Below, one piece after another: positions 23,667 through 33,692 of a stretch of DNA of 64,000 nt (the first letter of the stretch is position 1; every line of letters starts with the position of its first letter). Both the position numbers and the translations under genes were made by a program. The notes below the pieces were generated by a model. It ran no database searches. It was not told where the DNA came from and saw only the letters and a list, made by a program, of their open reading frames with translations. The stretch covers positions 16,182,001 to 16,246,000 of the forward strand of contig JBHGNT010000017.1 of the NCBI GenBank assembly GCA_043228905.1. Direction: 5' to 3'. Source of the stretch: Azolla caroliniana. Its lineage: Eukaryota; Plantae; Polypodiophyta.

Positions 23667-24125
23667 ACGTTGCAAAAATTGGTTACCCCACATCCTATCC
23701 GGAGACTTCGGCAGTTCGGCCGACGTGGCAACGTGAGACCGAAAGAGATGGAGGATGGAGGCGAGAACGCGAAGAGGAGAGAAATGACGAGTTCGGGAGA
23801 AGTACAAGGGATGAAGAGAACAAAGACCGGTCCCATGAGATCTTCGCACTGATCCGGCGGTCGGCCCGAGTGCCGGCGTGAGTCCTATAGGAGAGGTCGG
23901 TGGCGACAGGAAAACGGGACCCGACAATCCGGAGAATGACGAACAGACCCGGACAAGAACCGGGCGGAGCGGACTCCCAGATAACCATTCCGGGAGGGAG
24001 GAAGAGAGAGCAGGCCTACGAAGAGGCCGGGAACACGGTACGTCGGTACCACGAGAGAGGGTGTGGAGCAAGCCACCCTCTCGGCTTGCGAAGGAAGGAA
24101 GATCCAGGAGAAGGGTCAAGGATAC
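23667..24125 (+). mobile_element. Internal fragment of element X
   Basis: gagacttcggc...aacgtgagacc motifs shared with 32660-32880 and, inverted, with 29570-30110. Confidence 0.65.
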
Positions 24126-24134
24126 AAGGAGCTA

Positions 24135-26390
24135 GACAGTACCTTGTACGTCGAATCCCACTATCCGTCCTTCAATCCTCGTCCAAAATGTCCAGAATGC
24201 TCTGATCGAGGGGCTCTAAGGTTTCTTCGGAAAGCTGATCGAGTTGTTGTTGTTGCTCCGTTAGCTGTTGTTGTTGCTCCTACTACTGCGTGGTCTCCAG
24301 CTCTTCTGGGTGTTGCTCCTCCGATAGCCGTTGTCCGGCTCTCGGTGCCGGCGGTTGTTGCGGATATTCCTCCCTTGGCTGCTCCTCCTAAGTTAAATCC
24401 GGTTGGCTTGTCCCAGCCTTGCCTCTGTCCGTCCTTTGCTCCAATGATGGCTCTTCATCACTGAGATTGATTGTTGCCACGCTCTTCGTCGCCTCTTGCC
24501 GTAGCCTCTCCTTTTCTTAACTTTCAAACCGGATTTGGTTATCCAACCGATTTTCGTCCAGTTGTGCCACTAGTTGCCGAACCACTACTATCTGTTCATC
24601 ATCCAACGCTACGAAGTCATCTGCCAATTCATCTTTCACTGCAACAAAGTCTTCCTTTCCCAGCTTATAGAACTCATCTCCTTCCCTTTGCCGGTTTTTT
24701 GCGTCCGCCCTCAGCAACTGTAGCTCGACAGCATGCTTCGCCCATTTCGACCACCATAACACTGAGTTGTCTTCAATCAAGCGCTTCATTAGATTCTTCC
24801 ATGCTTGTACAATGCACCGGATCCGCTCTAGCCCCATCTTTGATTTGTCTTCTGCGGCCTGTCGTTCATCTTTCAATTTTTTGATCAGGTTTGCAATTAC
24901 CACCTCCTGGTCCTTGTAGCGCACTAGTTGATTCTGATAGGTTGTCTACACTCTTTGTAAGACCATGGTGGCGTGTTCCGTTTCCACATGATGTTGCATC
25001 TGGAGTTCTAGGAGTTCCTGCACCGCTTCAGCTCGTATGGTTGCCTTCTCAGCCAGTTCTTCCACTAGTGCCGTCTCCGCCCGTTGCACTTCGTTCCGGA
25101 GCTCGAACATCTTCTCCTGCTGCCGGTCGTTGTCGGTGATGAGCTTCTTGTATTCTGTCTCGACATGTTTATAATCCCGGTGCAGGCGGTCATAATCGTC
25201 TGTTTTCTACTTCAACTTCTGATTGATTTGGCGGCGAGCTCGGTCTTCCCTATCCTTTTGTTGTCGAAGCTCTTCTTTGAGCCTCTCTATCTCTGTTTTT
25301 GCCATCCTTCAGAGTTTATCCTTCTCTTGCAACAATTTTTCTTTCTCATCCTTAATCCAGTCATAGGCTTGGTGTCCCTTCCGTAGGCTTTCTTCTGCTC
25401 GGCGGAGGTTGTCAGCAGTCTTCCGTTGTTCTTCCTCTGCCACCATTTTTAATTCTCTTTCCCTGGCCCATAATGCTTCTTGTGCGGCCAGGTCTTCTTT
25501 GAGAACGGCAAGCTCTTGTGCTTGCACTGTAATTGTATCCGAGATTGTTTCCGTCACCAGGGTCATATTATTATGTACAGTTGTCGGTGTTTCATTATTC
25601 TTGTTCATGGGGTCCTGTTATGACCATCTTAGCCAATTCTTCCGTGGCTATTTCCAATTCTTGTTCAGAGCTCTGGATCCTTGACCGGGCCTTCTCTTGT
25701 TCTCCAGTTGTGGCTAGCAATCGGTCCAATTGTGCTTTCTCTTCTACCTCCACATAATGGACCACTCCGGCTCCGGTTGGTTACCACTTGGCAGTTCCGG
25801 CTCTGGTTATGCCTTAGTTGGCCGTTCCGGCTCTAGTTGGTCCTGGTGTGCCGGTGGTGTAGACAACTGAATCACCGGCTCCTGAATCACGGGTCTTGTT
25901 ATGTCCTAACCCGTCGGCGTAGCCTGCTGCGCAGGTAATTCTGTGACCGGTTCTGTTCGAACCAGTTCCGATTCCACCCTTGTCTCTAGGCCCTCAATGC
26001 GGGGTATCGACGTCCTATCCTTCTCTGGACCTGATTGCTCCCCGGCATGGTCTGTAGTGCTCTTCTTCTGGCGCCGCTAGAGGTGCTCGCTGGGCTCCTC
26101 CGTTGTTTCCTCCTCATGAGTCCCAAGATTGATTTTCATTGCCAAGGGATCTGGCTCCTGTTGACCTGGTCGGTGCAATGTAATCTTTACTGGCCGTGCC
26201 AATGTTTCCTCCTGCGTCTTCGCCTAGTTACGCCCCTCTTTCACCATTTTTCCAGTGTCGGCCTCCTTCCCTTTGGTTGCCTTAGCAGCCAATAGTTGCT
26301 GCCGTTTTGAAGCTGTTTTGGGGGTTTCTTCGGTTGATCTCCCCCGCTTCTTCACCATGATGGGCTCCACTGGTGGCTAAACAGTGTGAG
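24135..26390 (-). pseudogene. Degenerate extra ORF (coiled-coil rich) downstream of the Y integrase, now inverted
   Basis: E/K/Q/L-rich heptad-like fragments 25309-25608 and 24517-24924, on the same strand as the inverted integrase. Confidence 0.55.
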
Positions 26391-26599
26391 CCATTGCGCC
26401 ACCGCCATCCATATTTTTCTGCCATCCTTCCCTCTTACCAAGTCGATGGCCGCGCGCAGTCCGTCGGCGATCAACACCGACCAGTCCACCTATATACCCT
26501 CATATGTGGCTATAACTAAACCGGCTCTATTCCTAGGCATTGCCGGGGGTCGAGGGTACACATGGCCAAACTCATGGAGTACACGAGCAATCTCTCGGA

Positions 26600-27534
26600 A
26601 TAAGTCATCCTCGCCGCCAGAGAGTACTCACCAAAGTATTTCATGAGTTGCTCCGAGGTAGAACTCTCGTGTAATCCAATATGGTCCGGTCCACCGAAAC
26701 CATAGCTTCCCCGGCATCTTACCCATCCGGGTCTGGAATACAAGTACCGACTTGCTGATCTCGAACATTTTTTCGTTACCTTTCCGGTGTTGATCGACGA
26801 ACGCTTTCCTTCTCCGTTGCTCCAGTTCCATGTGCATCAGGCTGGCTATCCAGTGTTCCTCTAGTTCACATAGTGCTACTAGTCGGATTGTTTCCGACTC
26901 CTTCTCATTTAGGCGTTCCCGAACCTATAACCGCAAACTGGGAACCTGGAATTCTATCGGCATTACCGCTTCCAATCTGAATGCTAATCGGAAAGGCGTT
27001 GTCCGGATACTTGTCTTATATTCTGTCCGGTAGGCCCAGAGTGCACTGTGTAGCTTTGTATCCCAATCCATCCGGTTCTCATTGACGATTTTCCGCAGGA
27101 TGTTTTGTAGTGTCTTATTTGTGGATTCGGCTAATTTGTTGGCTTGCGGATAATACAAAGTGCTTCGGTTGTGCACCACCATATAGAATGTTGTCAAGCT
27201 CTCCACCACTTGTCCTAGGAAATGCCCACCTTGGTCGCTAATTAGCTCGATCGGACATTCATACCGGCACCAGATATATTCATATAAAAACTTTGCCGTG
27301 GATGCCGCGGTGTTGTCACGTAGTGCTTTGGCCTCCACCCACTTGGTGCAGTAGTTCGTAGCGACAATCACGTATCGGTTGCTGGTTCTCATTGCTGGTG
27401 GTTTATATGGGCCGACGAAGTCCAACCCCCATTTTTGAAATGGTTCCAATAGCAACACCGGCTGGTGAGGCATTCTTGCCTGTTCCGTTGGTTGGCCCAT
27501 CTGCTGACATAAATCACATTCTTTTGCATACCGG
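26600..27534 (-). pseudogene. pol: Integrase core and C-terminus of element Y (inverted)
   Basis: YAKECDLCQ, KWGLDFVGP, ISDQGGHF, LWAYRT, RWTGPY; continues in frame from 20487 across the CCGG TSD. Confidence 0.92.
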
Positions 27535-27700
27535 TGTCGCGTTGTTACGCGCGCGCCTGTAGAAGGGCGGGACCACGGGGGTCTCGGACGAGGGAAGAAG
27601 GGAAGCCGAGAAGATGATTTCGGACGCGTTCCGGAAGCAACCAAACGAGAGAGGGAGAGAAAGAGAGGGAGAAAGAGAGGGAGCGCGCCCTTGACGCCGA

Positions 27701-27702
<2 letters not shown>

Positions 27703-27790
<88 letters not shown>
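27703..27790. repeat. (CA)n microsatellite, about 44 units
   Basis: Direct read. Confidence 0.98.
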
Positions 27791-27792
<2 letters not shown>

Positions 27793-28073
27793 GTGCCGAC
27801 CCAACTCACGCCGTTATGTACGGGCAACGCAGGGAAGGGAACACCAAAACACCCACACAAACAGAGACACGAGTATGCACAGACGGATACTTGTATGTAT
27901 ATTACAAAGGGGGGAGAATACATTCCCGGCTTCGAGCCGGGCCACGGTAGGGTAGGTTACAACAGCAGTCTGCTGCCAAGTCGTCGTTCGGGGAGCTCTC
28001 GGGCTCGTCACGCAGAGCAGGATCTTGCACAGGAGACCGAGCAGAAACATCCCTCAACGGTCGACCTCCCCGC

Positions 28074-28115
28074 GAAGAAGAAGAAGAAGAAGAAGAAGAA
28101 GAAGAAGAAGAAGAA
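28074..28115. repeat. (GAA)n microsatellite, about 14 units
   Basis: Direct read. Confidence 0.97.
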
Positions 28116-28394
28116 AACTAACTCTAAACCTAACGGTATACCCTCTAACACAAAAATGGGCAACCCATTCACAAAGGGCGCTCCCTTCCTTTTATAGAAC
28201 AAGGAGAGGGATGCGTTACAATGTGGGATAAATCCCGACTTACATGGGATCGTCTGTCCCGACTTGACTACTCTTCGGCGCCATAAAGGCGCCCACATTA
28301 TTCACACTAAATGTACAAGGGTGAGCACACGCTGCACCCCGCCGATGTAGCCAATGTTTCCCGGTTTCCGCCTCTGGCTGAAATTCTTCACGAC

Positions 28395-30125
28395 ATCCGC
28401 CCCCACCTAACCGCACGTCCACCGATACGTGCCAAATCCGGTGAAGGGTGAGATATTTCGGCCGGTGAGAAACCGGTCTTCCGTAATCCACATCTTGGCT
28501 CGCTGCCGGTTTGATCCGTCGGCTTCGGTTCTTCCTTCGCGCTTACCTCGCCGTAGGCTTGTTCGACCCGTCGATGGGTCCTCTGCCGTGATCTCCGTAG
28601 TATGCGTACTTCCGTTGGCCCTTGTTCGACCGTATGAACGCCCCGCTCCCCGCCGTGTGCCCGATGTCCTCCACTTGAGGAACGCTCGTAGTGGCCCGCT
28701 TGGCCTCCGTTTACCATTCGTGATGTCCTGATTGCCGTCCCATGTTGTTCCGAGTTGCCTTCGTCCTCTCGCCGCCACCTTCCTGCTCCATGGTCTTACA
28801 TCGCCGCGTCGGCTCGAACCGCCATGGTCTCCGGAACGGTGTGGATGATCCTTTTCTGGCCTTCTACGCGCTACCTCCAAACCGCACAACCTATCTCCGT
28901 GCTTGCCTTTCCGCTCCGACACCTCCGTGTGCCACATACCCTCGTCCATTGTTTGGCACTGCCTGTGCCGTACTCCGGTTCATTGCACGCCTTGTCGGCC
29001 CCTTTCCCGGCTAGGTCATGCATCGCCGCTCACCCGCATACTGGTGTCCTTCGCATCCGAGGAACACCCCGTAGTAGCCCGCTTGGCCCTTCCCGTCTTC
29101 GTGCTACTGCAACAAGTCCTGAGTCTTCCGCTTGCCGTCGTCCCCTCGCCCCCACCAGCTTGTCACCCCGGGCTCCCGAGATCTACGAAGTGAGTGTGGA
29201 GGATCCTCCTCCGGCCTCTCTTGGCATCCCCTAAATCCGACCCTATGCAGTCCACTACGCACTCGTCACCTCGTTCCCAACACCTCCCTTGTGCTGTCTT
29301 CCGCTTCCTTTGTTCGGCTCCGCCCGCGCCGAACACCGTCCCACAGTCACGCTTTGATCGGGCCCGCGATGGCCACTTGCGAGACTCTTGTTCCATCCCA
29401 AGTGTGCCTTTCTGGCCTAACACACCTCCCCGTGTTTGCCCCTACCAGCTGCTTCTGAAACCGTAACCGACCGGTGAGGGTTTCGCACTTCGTCCGCCCT
29501 GTCTTATCGGCTCCCTATCCGCTACCTCATGTCGTTGGGTCTCGTTCCCTACCGCCACCGTCCTTCTCCCTAGGTCTCACGTTGCCACGTTGGCTGAACT
29601 GCCGGGGTCTCCGGATCAGTGTGAGGGTCCCATAGGACCGGTCTTCGTTTCGTCGCTTGCCGAGATCCGGATGTCTTTTGTTTGGGTTCCTCCCGGACTC
29701 TCCTCATGTCTTCCGCGTAGTCGGGTCCCGTTTCCCGCCGCCACCAACCTTCTCTCTCGGTCTCATGTTGCCACGTTGGCCGAACTGCCGGAGTCTCTGG
29801 TTAAGTGTGGGGATCCCGTAGGACCGCACTTCCTTACGCCTAATCACCTTGTCGGAAGGTTTGAGATGGTCCGTAGCCACCTTGCCGGCCTCATACCTCC
29901 TTGCCGTTCGTCGCCTCCTGTCGTCCGATCACGTTCACCTGTCGTCACCGATCTCCCCTATAGGACTCACGCCGGCACTCGGGACGACCGCCGGATCGTT
30001 GTGAGGATCTTCGTGGGACCCCGGTTTGCCTGCCCTTGTCCCCCCGCCGCCACCGTCAGTATCTTGGTCTTACGCCGACCGCACTGCCGACTGCCGAAGT
30101 CTCTAGATCCGGTGTGAGTCCCACG
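28395..30125 (-). mobile_element. Internal 3' region of element X (no pol motifs seen)
   Basis: Pre-PPT motif shared with 33655-33693 and 48071-48109; purine-rich degenerate coding-like sequence. Confidence 0.7.
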
Positions 30126-30136
30126 GGCGTGCTATG

Positions 30137-30596
30137 TGTTAGCCAGCCGGCAAGGAGTGGAGGACAGTCCAGAATGTGAAAGGGTAGGAATTATCGGAAG
30201 TTGTTATTAGGATATTACGTAATTAAGTATATTTTGAGAAGTGAACGGATGGACCGGAATTGGTATGCCGATCCGGATCCGGATCAGTTCATATCAGTGT
30301 GACGGTTGGCACCGTTTTGTATGTAGAGCCGGTGATCTATAAGAAGGCCCAGTTACATTGTAAATCGGGACAGATAATTAATAAAGCCCTATTGTCTTAT
30401 CTTTGTGTATTGATTACCATTCTATGCTAATTACTTTCTATCTTACGCGTGTATTAAGATTCATGATATGTTGCTTAAGTAGCCGATAAAGGTCTGATCA
30501 ATCGTTAGTCTAAGTTGCCTCGCCGTAACACCCTTTGGTGAAGTGTCTTCCGTAGACACCCTGTGTTAGGCTATTGTCTGGCCCTTAAGAGTAACA
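30137..30596 (+). repeat. 3' LTR of element Y
   Basis: Matches 13034-13493; no PPT in front, consistent with an inversion breakpoint. Confidence 0.92.
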
Positions 30597-31001
30597 TAGT
30601 TCGGCCTATGGTGGCCAACACTATTCAAAGACACATACGAGTATGTACGCCGATGTGATGAGTGCCAGCGTTTCAAACATCTGTTAAAAACGGATTTCAA
30701 CACATTAAACCTAGTGGTGGCGTGGCAACCATTCGAGAAATGGGGTATCGACTTTATTGGCCCAATCAGCCCAACTTCCAACCTCAATTTATACATAATA
30801 ACTGCCATTGACTATGCCACCAAGTGGATGGAAGCTAAAGCGTGCGTTAATGCCAATGCACGTAGCATCGCCAAATTCCTATATGAAAATGTCATCACAC
30901 GGTGTCGTAGTGTATTTTGTACACTACGTGAAAAACGTATATAGTATTAGATTCAATAAAAAATGAAGAAATAGAAGAAAATAGCAAAATAAATGGAACA
31001 T

Positions 31002-31072
31002 GCATAGGGCAAGATTCGAACCTTGCACCTCCATGTTAATAATGTAATGTCTTACCATTACACTAGCATTTC
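31002..31072 (-). promoter_or_regulatory. tRNA-like A-box/B-box module in the LTR U3 (second copy 33793-33863)
   Basis: TAGTGTAATGG-32 nt-GGTTCGAATCT, T-arm-like stem GCAAG/CTTGC, T-runs downstream. Confidence 0.65.
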
Positions 31073-31667
31073 ATTAGTGTTAAAGCATAGATGTCCCACA
31101 TAGAAAGGTAAATTCACGCTAGGATAAACATTAGAAAAACGCATAACAAAAGAAAAAGCTACACATACAAATCTAGCGTGCATGATAAAAAACGCACAAG
31201 TTAGAAAAAAGCATGATCACTTTAGATAAAGCATATAGTCTATCTATAGGAAAAGCATGGGGTCTATAGTTAGAGAAAAAGCATGGATTACTAAGACTTC
31301 CTCATCACTACATAAGGATGGGGAGCACAATGTAATTGTGTGTGAAATACTTGGAAACTGGATATGTTTCTAAAAAACACCAATTAATAAACTATACTCG
31401 TGGGATTCACGAGGATTCTATATCATTCTCTTTCAACCGAAGTTTATATTCTTATATTCATATTGATTAATCTAATACAATACACTCGTGGGATTCACGA
31501 GTTTGCTATAACTCTTTCTTACAACATATTTATATTCTTATTAGCCTTAAAACTCTCCTCTTCCTAGTCCAAAACCTCAGTGGTTCCCACCCGACTCACG
31601 CAAACGATCTGGAGCCGAAAGGCACGACACAGTTGGTGAACCCGACGCGAAGGCGGGTGGCAAGGAG

Positions 31668-33692
31668 ATGGAGAATCAACAAGAGGCGATGAGCATAACG
31701 ATGATGATGATGTTCGAACGGATGCTACAAGAACAACGCACGATGTCGGAGATTTCGGCATCAGTAGAGCGGCTCGTGCAACGCAACGGGCAATTTAATG
31801 GTAAGGATGTGTCGCGATATTTGCAGGACTACAAGGCGGAGATGCTCCGGTGCCGGGCTTCGGAAGGACTGCAAGTGACATCCTTTAACCGGGTGGCGAC
31901 CGACGGGCTTCAAGGGAGAATCCACAAGATACAACAACAAAACTCGACATGGGAGTCCTTTGAAGAAGCTTTACGGGAGGCATATGACTATGAGAGATGG
32001 ACGGGACGAGATCGACGAGAATTCGACGAATGGGTGGCGTCGGAGAAGACTCACCGAAGTGCAACGCAAGCGTTCCTAGAGTTCGAGCATCGTTTTGCTC
32101 GACTCTCGGAGCGGGAACGAAGATTGGTGGGAGGAGATAAAGTCTTAATGTTCGTAAGATCGATCGATCGGAAAGAAAGGATGGACATTGGGATCGAACT
32201 CGAAGATGATGACGGTGCGAACGGCCTTACCGAGGATTGGGCTAAAGTCGAAAGGGTATGCCGAAGACATGATGAAAGGAAGCTGAGAATCTCGTCAACA
32301 ACGACATGGCCCATGAAGGATGGTCGATTGAGGAAAAACGATGAAGCCAATATGAAGGCCGAAATACAACATGATGGTACCACGGGAGAAAGAGTGGAAC
32401 AAGACACCCACTCGTCTTGTGAAAGAACGATGGCGAAGGATAAGGCCGATAATTCAAGTGTAGAAGGAAATTTCGGGATACAAGTGCCCGAGACATCGGG
32501 TCAAAAAGGGGTAAGCATAATAGATGTTTGCATAATTGATGCAGATAAAGAGTGTGAAGCGGATGTGATTAAGGAGGTAGCCACAAAAGACGAAATCGAA
32601 TCGGAGGTGGCTATGGACGAATCAATGGCGGATTGCCATATCGAGACTTCCCCACCACTGATTCCAGAGACTCCGGCGGTTGCGATCGAAAGGCAACGTG
32701 AGACCGAAGAGACGGAAGGTGGTGGAGAGAAAACGAATGTCGAAGCCGACGAATACGATGAAGAGATAGCCGAGAAGAATGCTAAGGGTGAAACTACGAA
32801 AGAAGGTAATACCGAGGATTCATGCCAACAATATCTAGAGACTTCGGCGGTTGTGTCCGAGAACCAACGTGAGACCGGAGAGACGGGAGATGGCGGCGAG
32901 GAAGGTAAAGTCCGAAGTCGGTTCGGATGGAAAATGATCCATCCGAAATTCCAATCTAAAAGAAAGTGCGACAATGCGAAGGTCGGGTCTACGACGGGAG
33001 AAGCGCGTAATACAGAGCACGCTCTACGGCGAATAAAGAAATGCGTGTTATGGCGAATAAAGAAGCACGCGCTACGGCGAGAAAAGAAGCATGCATTACA
33101 ACCACACGAGGACCGAACAACGAGCACATATCAGAGGACCTACGTAGCGAACAACGGAAAGAAGTGCCGAAAGTCGAACCGGACAAGGCAGGTGAAAACG
33201 AAGAAAAGAAAGCAAATCCGGACGAAAAGAAAAGAAAAGAAACCGACCCGAAAGAGCACTAAATCGGTAAAAACCGATCAACCGAGTCCGGATCGACCGA
33301 ATACAAATCGGAAAGGAAGCCGAACTAAACGAAAGACGATCCGACGAGACCGAATCGGAAGTAAGCTAATCCGACTAAACCGAAAATCCGAAAAGAAGTC
33401 GAGATTGATGAAGAAAAGAAAGAGGGCAAGAAAAGATACTACCGCGGATGACAAGGACCAAGTGGGCCATGCAAAAAGCGAACGAAGACTATGGTGGATC
33501 GGATGTCGACAATGGTTCGGGTGGAAAGAATGGATGTGCTCCAAATGGAGAGACAAAGTCAACATAACAAGAGAAGTCGAGGGTACTACGAGCCGGCAAC
33601 GAAACCAATCGGGTAGAGACCGGACGGAGGAGACTAACAAACACCAACAACTTCGGCACATACCGGAGGATGTGCGGGTTTGGAGGGGGTGA
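31668..33692 (+). CDS. gag: Gag-like protein with acidic middle and Lys/Arg-rich C-terminal extension (674 aa)
   Basis: Uninterrupted ORF; first ~210 aa align with the Gag of element W (FNGKDVSRYL/FGGKNITNFL, GDKVLMF/GDKVLLF). Confidence 0.85.
   Translation: MENQQEAMSITMMMMFERMLQEQRTMSEISASVERLVQRNGQFNGKDVSRYLQDYKAEMLRCRASEGLQVTSFNRVATDGLQGRIHKIQQQNSTWESFEEALREAYDYERWTGRDRREFDEWVASEKTHRSATQAFLEFEHRFARLSERERRLVGGDKVLMFVRSIDRKERMDIGIELEDDDGANGLTEDWAKVERVCRRHDERKLRISSTTTWPMKDGRLRKNDEANMKAEIQHDGTTGERVEQDTHSSCERTMAKDKADNSSVEGNFGIQVPETSGQKGVSIIDVCIIDADKECEADVIKEVATKDEIESEVAMDESMADCHIETSPPLIPETPAVAIERQRETEETEGGGEKTNVEADEYDEEIAEKNAKGETTKEGNTEDSCQQYLETSAVVSENQRETGETGDGGEEGKVRSRFGWKMIHPKFQSKRKCDNAKVGSTTGEARNTEHALRRIKKCVLWRIKKHALRREKKHALQPHEDRTTSTYQRTYVANNGKKCRKSNRTRQVKTKKRKQIRTKRKEKKPTRKSTKSVKTDQPSPDRPNTNRKGSRTKRKTIRRDRIGSKLIRLNRKSEKKSRLMKKRKRARKDTTADDKDQVGHAKSERRLWWIGCRQWFGWKEWMCSKWRDKVNITREVEGTTSRQRNQSGRDRTEETNKHQQLRHIPEDVRVWRG

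Larger units (their letters stand above)
27535..28394 (-). mobile_element. 3' LTR of element X (860 bp)
   Basis: TGTCGTGAAG...AACGCGACA on the minus strand; PPT at 28395-28410; followed by the CCGG TSD. Confidence 0.88.
13034..30596 (+). mobile_element. Element Y: non-chromovirus Ty3/gypsy nested in the integrase of Z, internally rearranged
   Basis: 460-bp LTRs 13034-13493 and 30137-30596; TSD TAGTC/TAGTT; PBS-like TGGCGACCA at 13501; the Z reading frame rejoins across the TSD (KIL-S-GLWWPT). Confidence 0.92.

Noticed and set aside
27514-28298. ORFs with VC/TH/poly-K repeats
   Set aside because: They are translations of microsatellites inside an LTR
31002-31072. Functional tRNA gene
   Set aside because: No convincing acceptor or anticodon stem; only the promoter boxes and a T-arm-like stem remain
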